This document shows, in pieces, positions 1 through 10,676 of a DNA stretch of 64,000 bases. Numbering within the stretch: position 1 is the stretch's first letter; every line of letters begins with the position of its first letter. A model generated the notes under the pieces. That model saw only the letters and a list, made by a program, of their open reading frames with translations. It made no database searches and was not told the DNA's origin. Source of the stretch: Promethearchaeota archaeon (lineage in GTDB: Archaea; Asgardarchaeota; Lokiarchaeia; Sigyniarchaeales; SOKP01); NCBI GenBank assembly GCA_048939995.1, contig JBHLOY010000012.1, positions 16,281 through 80,280 of the forward strand, in the 5' to 3' direction. A program made the position numbers and the translations under genes.

Positions 1-883
1 TTTGTTCGGAGAATAAGGGTTTTTCATATTGTTGTAGGTTTTCGGGAATCGGGAATGGGGCCATACCTTCTGGATACTCAAAAACAAAATAATATTGTGA
101 TACTCCTCTCAAAGTCCTCTGATTAATAAGCATTAAATTTTCATAGTCCCTACTATAAAGTCCAAATTTTATTAGTTGAAGTGGAACCTTTAATTCTAAA
201 AGCTTAGCTCGGATATTGGTTAAGATATCATTTACAAAACTCTTTAAAATCATGACATCCCCACGATTTTGAGCATATACCTCATTTTTATTCTCCTCTT
301 TAAATTTTATCCATTTCTTGAAAACAGAATTCCTAACAAATTGAGGTATGATACAAAAAACACATAAAATAGGAAAAATGAATAAATAGAAGTCTCCAAT
401 GTTTGGGATAAACATTAATACCGTAATTGCAGCAATAAGGGGGATCGTTAAAATTAAATTTAAATTTCTTAATCGTTTATCTACTGAATTCTTTAATCCT
501 TTACTCAAAGCAATTTCCTCTGCTCGAACTTTGAGTCTATAAATAGTGTCAAGAATTTTCTTTTCATCATAGCTTAATTTTAATAATATATCTTCTTCCG
601 TTCCTATTTCAGCCCTATCAATTTTTTCAGTTAATCTTTTGACATATTGGTCGAGACTTCGGTCTTTATAAATAAAATCTAAGGTTTCCTCAACAAAATA
701 ATCAAGAAATCTGGCAATAAATAATTTTTCTTCAATATCTTGAATGTCTTCTGGCTTTAAACCTAACGCTTCTTGAATCATTTGACCTTGTGTTTTTTTC
801 ACTGATCTCTTCCGTTTTGATTTTTCCTTTTTTCTATCAGAAGTATCTTCTTCTTCAATTTCATTCTTTTCGATTTCGTTCAT
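1..883 (-). CDS. Hypothetical membrane protein, runs off the left edge (partial)
   Basis: Not in the ORF track. ATG at 883 opens a frame (MNEIEKNEIEEEDTSDRKKEKSKRK...) with no stop seen before base 1. Two adjacent hydrophobic segments (LILTIPLIAAITVLMFI / FYLFIFPILCVFCII). Confidence 0.75.
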   Translation of the reverse strand, partial: MNEIEKNEIEEEDTSDRKKEKSKRKRSVKKTQGQMIQEALGLKPEDIQDIEEKLFIARFLDYFVEETLDFIYKDRSLDQYVKRLTEKIDRAEIGTEEDILLKLSYDEKKILDTIYRLKVRAEEIALSKGLKNSVDKRLRNLNLILTIPLIAAITVLMFIPNIGDFYLFIFPILCVFCIIPQFVRNSVFKKWIKFKEENKNEVYAQNRGDVMILKSFVNDILTNIRAKLLELKVPLQLIKFGLYSRDYENLMLINQRTLRGVSQYYFVFEYPEGMAPFPIPENLQQYEKPLFSEQ

Positions 884-1026
884 AATTCTTAAAAAAGCAT
901 ATCTAAATTAATATTTAGTCAATAATAGTTGTAAAATAATTAACTTTATGAATTTTTCGTTGAATAATAATAATTATCTGTTTTTTAGATTATATCTATA
1001 AATAATTATTAGAAAAAATAATAATT

Positions 1027-1860
1027 ATGAACAAATTAACCACAACAGTCTTGGTAAAAGATTTGAAATTTCCAGAAGCCCCAAGATGGCATGATGACAG
1101 ATTATGGTTTTCTGATATGGAAGATCGCAAAGTTATATCTGTTAATATAAAAGGAGAGATAGAATCAGTACTCAAAGTACCAAATCGCCCCTCTGGTCTA
1201 GGATGGTTGCCTGATGGGAAAATGTTAGTGGTCTCTATGGAAGATCGAAAATTGTTTCAACTCGAATTAGGAGTCTTAAAAGAATTCGTCGATTTAAGTA
1301 AATTAGCAACTTATCATTTAAATGACATGGTTGTTGGTAAGCATGGATATACATATATTGGAAATTTTGGATTTGATTATATTAACAACCAACCATTTAT
1401 TCCTGCTGCGATTATTATGGTTACTCCTGATAAGGAAATTAAAATTGTAGCTGAAAATATGTCGTTTCCAAACGGCATGGTTATTACACCCGATGGCAAA
1501 ACAATTATTATAGCAGAAACGCTTTCAGCTCGATTAACTGCTTTTGATATAAAAAACGATGGAACTCTTATCAACCGGAGATTATGGGCTGATTTAAAAT
1601 CTATTCCCCCCGATGGAATTTGTCTTGATGAAGAAGAAGCTATCTGGGTTGCTGCTCCGGGACAACATAGAGCAGTAAGAGTTCTTGAGGGAGGGTCGAT
1701 AACTCATATTGTAGAAGTAAAGAATGAAGCCTATGCTTGCATGTTAGGGGGTTCAAATTTGACAACCTTATTTATTGCGACAGCAACAAGTCATCTTATA
1801 AGAGAAAAAGGTCAGATTGAATATGTGGAAGTTGATGTGCCTAAAGCAGGATTTCCATAA
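1027..1860 (+). CDS. SMP-30/gluconolactonase/LRE family beta-propeller protein
   Basis: FPEAPRWH, NDMVV, FPNGMVITPDG and PDGICLD motifs. Confidence 0.9.
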   Translation: MNKLTTTVLVKDLKFPEAPRWHDDRLWFSDMEDRKVISVNIKGEIESVLKVPNRPSGLGWLPDGKMLVVSMEDRKLFQLELGVLKEFVDLSKLATYHLNDMVVGKHGYTYIGNFGFDYINNQPFIPAAIIMVTPDKEIKIVAENMSFPNGMVITPDGKTIIIAETLSARLTAFDIKNDGTLINRRLWADLKSIPPDGICLDEEEAIWVAAPGQHRAVRVLEGGSITHIVEVKNEAYACMLGGSNLTTLFIATATSHLIREKGQIEYVEVDVPKAGFP

Positions 1861-1970
1861 AAATTTCAGTTTTGTTTAAATAACCATTAAAAAAAAGGAA
1901 TTAGATTTTTAAACCTTCATTCTAATCTTCCATTATTTAATTTTAATATTAACAAACTAAAGGTGATTAA

Positions 1971-2852
1971 ATGACAGCTATTCGAAAACCTGGAAAGATA
2001 AATGATCATACATTTTTAATTGATGCAAATATGATGGGGATTCCTGGAATATTGAGCATTTTTCTCATAGATGATGATAAAACGTGTTTAATAGACACAG
2101 GAACCCATATAGAAGCACGGAAGACTCTCAGAAAACTAAAAGAGTTGAATATGTTCCCTCCAGATATGATTATTTTGACCCATTCTCACTGGGATCATGT
2201 TCAAGCAATGCCCTTTCTAAGCCAGCGAGCAAAAAAAGAGGGAAAAGAAATTGAAATCTTCGCAGCAGCCTCTGCAATCCCCCATTTAAGAGACCAATCC
2301 TTTAATGCGGTATTTGAGACCGGACCCTTTAATAATATTGAAGACGAAATCATTCCTCTTAAAGAAGGCGATTCAATTGAATTGAGAAACATATCCTTAC
2401 ATATAATTGAGACTCCGGGCCATATGGATGATGAGATCGCTATTTTGGATGAGAAAAATAAGAATCTATTCATTGGAGATGTACTTGGCATGAAAGTAAC
2501 AGATACGGTTTTTGTCCCACCTTTTATGCCTCCGCGATGGGATAAAACCGCTTACTTAAAATCCGTCGAAAAACTAAAGGAAATCGATTACGAAACCTTG
2601 TGTCTTGATCATTTTGGATATTTTTATGGAACTGAGGCCAAAACAATCCTAGATGAATCTGTGCAAAATTGTAATCAATTTTGGAAGAGCTATGAAGAAA
2701 ATGTAGGCCATATAGATGACGTTCCTTATTTAATCGAAAATGTTCTTGAAAAACATATTTCTAAATCTGATATCCAAAATTTCCCTGAAAAATTAGTTCA
2801 AGGTGTGATTTATTGGCTTAGTCAAGGCTTTAAAATCTATAAAGCGCTATAA
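1971..2852 (+). CDS. Metallo-beta-lactamase-fold hydrolase
   Basis: LIDTG, THSHWDH, TPGH, GD and C-terminal H motifs; AAGGTGA Shine-Dalgarno-like sequence upstream. Confidence 0.88.
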   Translation: MTAIRKPGKINDHTFLIDANMMGIPGILSIFLIDDDKTCLIDTGTHIEARKTLRKLKELNMFPPDMIILTHSHWDHVQAMPFLSQRAKKEGKEIEIFAAASAIPHLRDQSFNAVFETGPFNNIEDEIIPLKEGDSIELRNISLHIIETPGHMDDEIAILDEKNKNLFIGDVLGMKVTDTVFVPPFMPPRWDKTAYLKSVEKLKEIDYETLCLDHFGYFYGTEAKTILDESVQNCNQFWKSYEENVGHIDDVPYLIENVLEKHISKSDIQNFPEKLVQGVIYWLSQGFKIYKAL

Positions 2853-2994
2853 AATAAATTAAGTCTCTTTTTTTATATTGCAGAAAAAAATAGACATTTT
2901 TATCAAAACATCTCCTTATCGCATAAATATAAAAATACAATTGATTATCAATAGTAATAATCTATTTAATTTATTTTAAAAAGTGTTAAGGGAT

Positions 2995-5397
2995 ATGAAA
3001 TCAAAAAACAACAAATTAAAATCATTATTATTTATTCTTTTTTTCATGGTTTCGATGGCTTCTATGACTAATTTTATATCGAACATTAAAGCAGATACAT
3101 ATATTCCTGAAGAGAATGAATACAATGGCTGGCATTGGGCATTAAGTGAGGGAGACCAGATCTATTTTGAAGCAGAGTTTATTCTGACTAACTATACTAC
3201 ATCCGAAATAGAATTAATGTTTAGAGATATTTGGATTTATAATATTACAGCTATTGGGAATGTTACTACCGATTGGTTAGGAGTACACTCATTTTCTCAA
3301 ATAAATGCGACACAATGCTATTATAATATAACATCTGGAGAACTAGAAGCATATGATATTCCATCAGAGTTTGCTCTATTTGGATATAATAATTCTGATC
3401 CAATTACACATAGATATCGAGCAGGTCAAATGGGTATGGCTTTAGTTTTACCTTTGAATAGTTCAAATATAGAAGTTGATATTCTAGATGATATTATAAA
3501 TGAAACGATGTATTATCCTGCCTCTCAAATGGGGGTTTTTAATCAATTCGATCATTATGAGTCTGATCCCTATCAAAATAGGATTTTGTTCACTAATTCT
3601 ACGGATGGATATTTTTCAGAAGCATATTACTATGATAATGGTACTTTAAGAAGTGGAAGCGCATTTTTAATGGCTCAATTTGGTACAGGCCCAATGTTAA
3701 TAAATGCCACCTTTACTCAGGTGTTTGATTATAATATAACGGATCAAGTAGAATGGGGTGTTAATGTTGGAGATAATCTTTATTTTGATTGGTATGAGGG
3801 TTATGATTGGGGGGGGGATGCTGATGATTATAGGATGAATATTGTGGATATTTCTGAAGAAATACTCGAAAAATCTAAAAATACCTTTAGTGATAACTTG
3901 ATTTACATGACATACCAAGTGGTATATGCTGATATATATGCCTGGAATGGAGCTAATTATATACTTGTTGAATCCAACTATGAAATTGGATTTGCTAATA
4001 ACTTCTATCCATTGTATTTTGATGAGTTAAACTTTGAAGCTGGATTTTACGCATTTCTTTATCCAAATAATTTTGCTATGGAGGATTATGAATTTACATT
4101 AAATAATAATACTCTAGATATTTCTGAATTTATTGTGGATGAAATCTCCTATTCACAAAATACATTTTTTGAAACCTTCATTAGAAATTCTACGAATAAT
4201 GATTTTGTAAAAATTGCTTTTGACAAATCGACGGGAATAATTCAGTCAAATTTAATGATTTTTGATGATTACATTTCGTTTATCGAATTAAAACAACAGA
4301 GTTTAGTAGATTGGTCCGTTAATGTAGGAGATGTCCTATACTATAAACAGAATAGTGATTATGTAGTTGATCAAAGAGTAAATATAACAGGAACTTTCAC
4401 TTTATTTGTTAATTTGACTGAACTCTACAATCAATTCAGTTCTATGGGAATGCCATTAACCTTTCCCACTTCTCAGCCAGAATTACAATTCTATTCATAC
4501 GTTGAGGCTAATTTTGAAGAATGGGATCCTACTACAGAATCTTGGCATTACACTGGTAATTATCCTCTAGCTATTGCAAATATATATTGGCCTATATCTC
4601 CAATGCAATTTGAATTTGGTCCACCATTGTTAATGCCTGAAAATACTGATAGTTCCGAACTCCTGGAACTATTTAGTGTATATAGTGCTGTTTATGATGA
4701 AATTACTTACGGTCCTGGTTATGTAATACTCAAAAATTCTACTTTAGATCGATCATTATATTATTACTTTGATGGAGCTTCAGGCAGAGCTACTATGATA
4801 TATGGATGGACTACCCAACCGATTCCAGGATCAGAGTGGTCTTATATGTCAATTTACCCAAAATTTTATAGAACTTGTCCTGCGGGTTCTAACTTATTTC
4901 AATTACAATCATATTTTCCGATGGATATAACAGTAAACGTAGCGTTTAATGTAACTCCTCTTAGTCCTGATGTTGAATATATATATTCAATGTTGCCTTA
5001 CAACCCTATTAATGAAACCTTACCTGAAGGAACAGCTTTAGTTTATTTTGATCAATTAACTACTAATTACATATATATTGATGGGAATCTTAGCATGACT
5101 ATTACACTTCCATCTTCAATAGATTTGAGTTCTATTACATTATATTTCTTTGCCTGGAACATTACTGGAACTGAAGAATGGATTCAACCACCTCCAGAAT
5201 TCTATGACTCTATTATATATGATTATAGTAGTAATTCATTTACAATACAAACGCCTTCATGGGGCTCTAGTTCAATTATTTCAGCAATTTCGTATACAGG
5301 AGGGGAGGCAATACCCGGATATAATCCTATTTTCCTTTTAATTGGAATGATAGGTATATCAAGTATCTTCTTGATAAAAAGAAAGCGATCTAAATAA
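2995..5397 (+). CDS. Secreted cell-surface glycoprotein with C-terminal PGY-TM-basic sorting signal
   Basis: N-terminal signal peptide (ATG at 2995 preferred to GTG 2983); many N-x-S/T sequons; three W-x-[LV]-x-x-GD-x-[IL]-Y repeats; ends IPGYN + hydrophobic helix + KRKRSK. Confidence 0.8.
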   Translation: MKSKNNKLKSLLFILFFMVSMASMTNFISNIKADTYIPEENEYNGWHWALSEGDQIYFEAEFILTNYTTSEIELMFRDIWIYNITAIGNVTTDWLGVHSFSQINATQCYYNITSGELEAYDIPSEFALFGYNNSDPITHRYRAGQMGMALVLPLNSSNIEVDILDDIINETMYYPASQMGVFNQFDHYESDPYQNRILFTNSTDGYFSEAYYYDNGTLRSGSAFLMAQFGTGPMLINATFTQVFDYNITDQVEWGVNVGDNLYFDWYEGYDWGGDADDYRMNIVDISEEILEKSKNTFSDNLIYMTYQVVYADIYAWNGANYILVESNYEIGFANNFYPLYFDELNFEAGFYAFLYPNNFAMEDYEFTLNNNTLDISEFIVDEISYSQNTFFETFIRNSTNNDFVKIAFDKSTGIIQSNLMIFDDYISFIELKQQSLVDWSVNVGDVLYYKQNSDYVVDQRVNITGTFTLFVNLTELYNQFSSMGMPLTFPTSQPELQFYSYVEANFEEWDPTTESWHYTGNYPLAIANIYWPISPMQFEFGPPLLMPENTDSSELLELFSVYSAVYDEITYGPGYVILKNSTLDRSLYYYFDGASGRATMIYGWTTQPIPGSEWSYMSIYPKFYRTCPAGSNLFQLQSYFPMDITVNVAFNVTPLSPDVEYIYSMLPYNPINETLPEGTALVYFDQLTTNYIYIDGNLSMTITLPSSIDLSSITLYFFAWNITGTEEWIQPPPEFYDSIIYDYSSNSFTIQTPSWGSSSIISAISYTGGEAIPGYNPIFLLIGMIGISSIFLIKRKRSK

Positions 5398-5481
5398 TTT
5401 CTAATTTTTTTTTTAATTTATCTGAAATAGGATAAAAATAGATGGTAATAATTAAATAAAAAAGAATTTAAATAATTAATT

Positions 5482-5808
5482 TTATATTTCGGGCATTTCA
5501 AGACCCACAAGCGGCAAGGCTTCAGCACCTGACATAAAAACTTCGAAATCTACCTTATATCCTTCTATGTCGAAATATTCGAGTATATTCTGATAAAACC
5601 GCTTCATATACTCTTTGAACTTGCCATCTTTAACTTCAGTAACAGAAATTGCCTTCATTCCCTTTTTTGTTGTTCTTACAGCTACAGGTACAATTGGCTT
5701 ATCTATGGATCTATCTGTAGGGAACTTTTTTAAAACTTCAAGGTACTTTTTTCCAACTTCAGTTGACTTGTCTGCTGGAAAGTAGGTTGTTGCCACTACT
5801 AAAACCAT
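5482..5808 (-). CDS. Small hypothetical protein, possible ferredoxin-like/dimeric alpha-beta barrel fold
   Basis: Clean ORF; GAGGTG SD-like sequence just upstream of ATG 5808. Confidence 0.7.
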   Translation of the reverse strand: MVLVVATTYFPADKSTEVGKKYLEVLKKFPTDRSIDKPIVPVAVRTTKKGMKAISVTEVKDGKFKEYMKRFYQNILEYFDIEGYKVDFEVFMSGAEALPLVGLEMPEI

Positions 5809-6051
5809 ACAATACACCTCTATTTTTTTTTGGTTAATTGGATTAAGCAGTACTGTATGATTATTTCAAATTTATAAAAACTTTTGCAATTTTGTCCAAG
5901 TAGAAGAAGTAGGTAGAAATATAATCCCATTTTAGGATAGTATTTAAACCACAATTCTTAAAAAAGCAATTTGTAAAGGATTTTAAAAAAATTGATCAAG
6001 ATATATAAACTTTTTACTTAAAAAGAAGATAATATTATAGAAAAAAGCTTC

Positions 6052-6279
6052 TTACATAACATTCTGAACTGCTTTTACCTCGGGTACAAATTGTTTCACA
6101 GCTCGTTCAATTCCTTGTGAAAGAGTCATTTGAGAGTAAGGACAGCCGGCACAATGCCCCACTAATCTAACCTTCACAATTCCATCGTCTGTGATTTCAA
6201 CTATTTCAACGTCTCCGCCATCAGCTTGCAATTGAGGTCTGATTTTCTCTATAACTTGTTTAACTTTTTCTTTATCCAT
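6052..6279 (-). CDS. NifU/NfuA-like Fe-S cluster carrier domain protein
   Basis: IRPQLQADGGDVE...VRLVGHCAGCPYSQMTL is the Nfu-domain signature with CxxC. Confidence 0.92.
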   Translation of the reverse strand: MDKEKVKQVIEKIRPQLQADGGDVEIVEITDDGIVKVRLVGHCAGCPYSQMTLSQGIERAVKQFVPEVKAVQNVM

Positions 6280-6626
6280 AATTAATCCTCATATTTTTTG
6301 ATTATTTCTTAATAATATAAATAAAAATTGCTATATAAAACATAGTATAATATTTTATGGAATTTTTTTTCATTAGAATTATCGTTAGGAATGAACTTCT
6401 ATCCTTAGCTAATAAATTAAAAACTGAAGGATATTTTGAAAATAAAATCTTTAATTCTATTACTTAAAGGACTAAAAATGCCTAAAAGTAAGCTAGTTCA
6501 ATATTCTTAATTTACACTTTGCTTGAACAAGCAAAGCTTATAAAATATTGAAAATTAGAAGCTTTTAGGTATCAATAAATTAACGAAAAATCAAAAGTTG
6601 TATTTACTTTATAGGAGAGATCTTAG

Positions 6627-7922
6627 ATGAATGAATATGATGTTATTGTCGTAGGAGCTGGATGTGCTGGACCAGCAGCAGCTAAAAAAGCAGCTGAATT
6701 AGGATTAAAAGTTTTACTCCTCGAGAAAGCACAATTCCCTGGTGAAAAAAACATATCTGGGACTTGCTTAAACGGAGCTGCTTTAATCATTCCTGATTTA
6801 CATTATTTAGTAGAAGGTCCTATTGAAAGAGTAATACGAGAGATGAGAACCTATCACATCAATAAGGATCGAACAACAATTTTTCATGAAATACCTTCAG
6901 AAGGTATTTTACTTCTTTCTATTCGAAGAGATAAGTTCGATGCTTGGCATACCGAAAAAGCCAAGGAAGCAGGAGCGGAGGTTAAACTCTCAACAACCGT
7001 AGTTGATATAATCGAAGAAAACAGCTATATAAAAGGAATTATAACCAATAGCGGAGAAAAGTATTATTCTAAAGTTCTAATTGATGCAGGAGGAGTAAAT
7101 TCTATTGTGGGAAGAAAAGCAGGTCTGATTCCAAAAAGAAAAGGCAAAAATATGATATTATATGTCACTGTCTGTGTTCATTTAGGGAAAGAAACCGTTG
7201 ATGAGCGAATTGGAGAGTGTATTGAGTATTATTTATCACCAGGAATTCAATATAAAACATGGCCTTGGATTTTTCCTAAAAAAGATACGGTAACTCTTGG
7301 AACTGGTGGATATATGGATGAGAATCTAATAAATGATGACTTTCCAAATGTAAATAAATACATGGAAAATTTTCTCAATTTACCTTTGGTAAAAGAAAAA
7401 TTAGAAGGCGGGAAAATCGTTGCTTGGGGATGCCATTTAGAGTATGATGAAGCCATAGAAAAAAGAGTGAAAAATGGATTAATTTTAACAGGAGAAGCTG
7501 GAGGTTTTGTCGTTCCCTTCTTAGGCGAAGGAATGCCTGAAGCTTTCTTTACTGGAATTTATGCTGCTCAATCAGCGGCGAATGCAATTAAAGCCAACGA
7601 CTTTTCAGAAGCTAAGTTATTTGAAACATATCAAGAACTAATTGCTAGTAATTTCTTTATGCAAGCTTTTCGCCATATTGGTGCTGTAAATAAAGAAACA
7701 GCTTTAAGCAAATCTGATGAGGAGATTACAAAAATGATGCAAAATGTAATAATGGGAGGAGGATTTATTTCAAATGCAATACACACTAAATGGATGAAAG
7801 GAGTTGAGGATCAGGACATGGACCTTCTGCAGGAAGCATATGATTTATTAGAGCTTATACAACCTTACGCAAATGTAGATCCAGATTTTGAAAATTTATA
7901 TAACGAGAGGGGAAGACAATGA
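6627..7922 (+). CDS. FAD-dependent oxidoreductase, FixC/geranylgeranyl reductase family
   Basis: VVGAGCAG, GEKNISG, RDKFDAW, WIFPK and GEAGG...GEG motifs. Confidence 0.85.
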   Translation: MNEYDVIVVGAGCAGPAAAKKAAELGLKVLLLEKAQFPGEKNISGTCLNGAALIIPDLHYLVEGPIERVIREMRTYHINKDRTTIFHEIPSEGILLLSIRRDKFDAWHTEKAKEAGAEVKLSTTVVDIIEENSYIKGIITNSGEKYYSKVLIDAGGVNSIVGRKAGLIPKRKGKNMILYVTVCVHLGKETVDERIGECIEYYLSPGIQYKTWPWIFPKKDTVTLGTGGYMDENLINDDFPNVNKYMENFLNLPLVKEKLEGGKIVAWGCHLEYDEAIEKRVKNGLILTGEAGGFVVPFLGEGMPEAFFTGIYAAQSAANAIKANDFSEAKLFETYQELIASNFFMQAFRHIGAVNKETALSKSDEEITKMMQNVIMGGGFISNAIHTKWMKGVEDQDMDLLQEAYDLLELIQPYANVDPDFENLYNERGRQ

Positions 7923-8179
7923 AAGTGGAAATGAAAGTTGATTATTATCCTGGAGATACGGGAGAGTTCATAAAAGTTGATGAGGAAAAATGTACTGGAT
8001 GCGGGGACTGTGCTAAATTTTGTACAAGAGAAGTGTGGAAACCAGATGGGCCTATATATCGCCCTATAAATTTGAAACTGTGTGTTGAATGTGGTGCTTG
8101 TTGGAATGTTTGCTCAGATGATGCAGTTATATTTGAAGAACCTAAAGGAGGAACTGGAGTTCGCTTCAGTTATGGATAA
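7919..8179 (+). CDS. FixX-like 2[4Fe-4S] ferredoxin
   Basis: CTGCGDC...C and CVECGAC...C; C-terminal PKGGTGVRFSYG typical of FixX; ATGA overlap with the upstream gene. Confidence 0.88.
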   Translation: MKVEMKVDYYPGDTGEFIKVDEEKCTGCGDCAKFCTREVWKPDGPIYRPINLKLCVECGACWNVCSDDAVIFEEPKGGTGVRFSYG

Positions 8180-8187
8180 TTTAGTAG

Positions 8188-8547
8188 GTGATTGAAATGG
8201 TAAATCGAGATGAATTAATGAAAATCTTAGATGACCAACTAAAAAAGTATACACACAAAGATGTAGCACGGCATTTCAAGGACTGGAATAAAACTCTCCA
8301 ATACTACTTTACTGATATTGAGGAATATTATGTTATTGAATTAGTTAATGGAAATCCTAAACCAGTTGTCAAAGAAAAGCTAGAAAATCCTGATATTATG
8401 TATTCCATGAGTTCAGACACATTCATGGCTCTTAATAAAGGAGAAATAACTGGATTCAAAGCATATCAACAGGGTAAATTGAAAATCAAGGCTACTATGG
8501 CAGAAATAATGAAATTACAAAAACTTGATAAATTAAAAATTGAATAG
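8188..8547 (+). CDS. SCP2 sterol/lipid-binding domain protein
   Basis: PD...S.DTF..L..GE....AY.QGKLKI pattern of SCP2 domains. Confidence 0.82.
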   Translation: MIEMVNRDELMKILDDQLKKYTHKDVARHFKDWNKTLQYYFTDIEEYYVIELVNGNPKPVVKEKLENPDIMYSMSSDTFMALNKGEITGFKAYQQGKLKIKATMAEIMKLQKLDKLKIE

Positions 8548-8716
8548 TATGAATACTTACTAAAAGTTAATTTTTATCCTAAATTTGATAATTAATATCA
8601 ATTATAAAGCAGGCGTTCAAAAATAGATTACTTTACTTTTAGATTTTGAATTGTAAATACTTATAAATTAGAAATTATTAAATTCCAATAACTTAAAAAT
8701 CAAAACTGAGTTAACT

Positions 8717-9094
8717 ATGGAATCTAAAGAATTCATGGAGGATTTAAGTAAAGTTCAAAAGCTGATGTCTCAAGAAATGTACAAAGATGCTCTTATATTG
8801 CTTGAGAGACTAAAAAAGATTGAAAAGCAAGGCAACTTTGATTACAATTTAACTCATAAACTATATCAGTTATATTCTAATGCTCAATCACTTTATAATC
8901 AACAAAAAATACTGAACTTAATTTCTGAGATCTCTCAACAACATAAGTCAATGAATTTTACCGAGCTTCGAAAGAAATTAAAGGAAAAAGAGCAGATTGA
9001 TCTTGATGAGCCAAGTTTAAGAAGAGAAATAGAAATTCTCATTTTACGAGAGCTTTTATTTTGTAAAATCAAGGAAGATAAATTATTCTTTTAA
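8717..9094 (+). CDS. Hypothetical helical protein with a possible winged-helix (PCI-like) C-terminus
   Basis: Helical hairpin followed by MNFTELRKKL...LRREIEILILRELLFCKIKEDKLFF. Confidence 0.6.
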   Translation: MESKEFMEDLSKVQKLMSQEMYKDALILLERLKKIEKQGNFDYNLTHKLYQLYSNAQSLYNQQKILNLISEISQQHKSMNFTELRKKLKEKEQIDLDEPSLRREIEILILRELLFCKIKEDKLFF

Positions 9095-9172
9095 GAATTT
9101 AATATTAGAGAAATTCTTGGATTTTATAAATCTAAATATAGAATCAATATAAAACCCAATTATTATCTTAAA

Positions 9173-9778
9173 ATGATAATAAATTCACTTGAACGTTCGA
9201 TACAAATTAAAGTCTGTTATTATGGACCTGCAATGTCCGGGAAGACAACTACACTTAAATCTTTATTCAATCATTTTGGAAAAAAGAAACTGGTCGAAAG
9301 TATTGAGACATCACATGAACCCGCGAAAAGAAGGACTCTATTCTTTGATTATGGAACAATAAGCTTCCAGAACCAGGAATGGATGCTGAAAGTTCATTTA
9401 TACTCAACTACAGGTCAAGATTACTATATAATTACCCGGCCTGCTACACTCCAAGGCGTTGATGGCATAATATTCGTAGCAGATTCTCAAAGAGATGTAT
9501 ATGACCGAAACTTGATTTCATGGAATGAATTAGCTACTTATTTTGGAGATGCTATTTCAAATATGCCTAAAGTTATGGCATTTAATAAACAAGATCTGCC
9601 TGAAAAGTTCAATCCGAATATTTTTCTGCACCAGATTGATTACTATAAATTCTCAAATATTGATGTAAAAAAGACGATTGCGATTAATGGAGAGGGCGTT
9701 TTGGACTCCTTTGAGGAAATAATAAGTTTAATCTTTAAAAATTTGTATAAGAGTCAGCTTGTATCAGTATTTCAATAA
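9173..9778 (+). CDS. MglA-like small GTPase
   Basis: KVCYYGPAMSGKTTTL (G1), RTLFFDY (MglA switch I), TTGQ (G3), GVDGIIFVADSQ, NKQD (G4). Confidence 0.88.
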   Translation: MIINSLERSIQIKVCYYGPAMSGKTTTLKSLFNHFGKKKLVESIETSHEPAKRRTLFFDYGTISFQNQEWMLKVHLYSTTGQDYYIITRPATLQGVDGIIFVADSQRDVYDRNLISWNELATYFGDAISNMPKVMAFNKQDLPEKFNPNIFLHQIDYYKFSNIDVKKTIAINGEGVLDSFEEIISLIFKNLYKSQLVSVFQ

Positions 9779-9845
9779 TTTTTGTTATTTTTACCTTTTT
9801 TGCAATAACTATAAAGAAATTATACCAAGTTAGATTAAATTATAA

Positions 9846-10649
9846 TCATAATCGTAGAGTTTTTGGATTAACAGTCTCAGTTTCTCCAAAAGTTGGGATA
9901 ATCCACATATACATTACATAGTTTAGCTTTTTATAGAGTGGTCGAGCAAAGTTACTATGACCTAGACTTCCAGGGAAAAAGAGGCCATCTCCATTAGAAA
10001 GGTTTTTACAAACTGAATCTCCTTCTTGATTAATTAAGTATTGAGTAATAGCGTACTTATCATCATCAATACACATAATATATACTTCAGGATATTCGGG
10101 GTGAATGTGTGAGTAAATCTCAACATTATTATCCGCGTTTAGCTCAAGATTCACGCTAGTTATAACTCCACATCTAAGGGACTCATTAGGAATTTTTGTA
10201 AAACCAGACATAAAAAAAGAATTTTTAATTGCTGTCCATACAGTTCTATATGTTGTTATATTTCCTTTAGAGCCAAATTCTCCTCTTGGTAAAAACTTCT
10301 GTGGGCTATACGATTTAACTATAAATTTAAAATTAATAATTTTATCCGTTTTATATCTACATACACATAACTTAGAAAATTGAGGTTTGTATGTAATTTT
10401 AACTTCGGTTTCTGGTGGCATCAAAAAAAAATCAAACTGTTGTAGGTCATAGGATTCATTTTTATATCTTAATTTAACATTTCCAGATAGTAAGCAACCA
10501 TTAAGAATTTCTTGAGAATTAGTTTTAATAGTGAGATCTCCATTCAGATAAAAATATTGTATTTTTGTATTATTTAATTTTCTTTCAACAAAACTCTCTT
10601 TAGGGTCTTCGAAAAAATACGAAAGCATTTCTGTTGTAGAAGCAGGCAT
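9846..10649 (-). CDS. Cupin-fold protein (KduI/IolB-like isomerase superfamily)
   Basis: SHIHPEYPEVY...GDGLFFP...GH metal-binding cupin pattern. Confidence 0.6.
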   Translation of the reverse strand: MPASTTEMLSYFFEDPKESFVERKLNNTKIQYFYLNGDLTIKTNSQEILNGCLLSGNVKLRYKNESYDLQQFDFFLMPPETEVKITYKPQFSKLCVCRYKTDKIINFKFIVKSYSPQKFLPRGEFGSKGNITTYRTVWTAIKNSFFMSGFTKIPNESLRCGVITSVNLELNADNNVEIYSHIHPEYPEVYIMCIDDDKYAITQYLINQEGDSVCKNLSNGDGLFFPGSLGHSNFARPLYKKLNYVMYMWIIPTFGETETVNPKTLRL

Positions 10650-10676
10650 AATTTTCCGGTATTAAACTATTAATAT

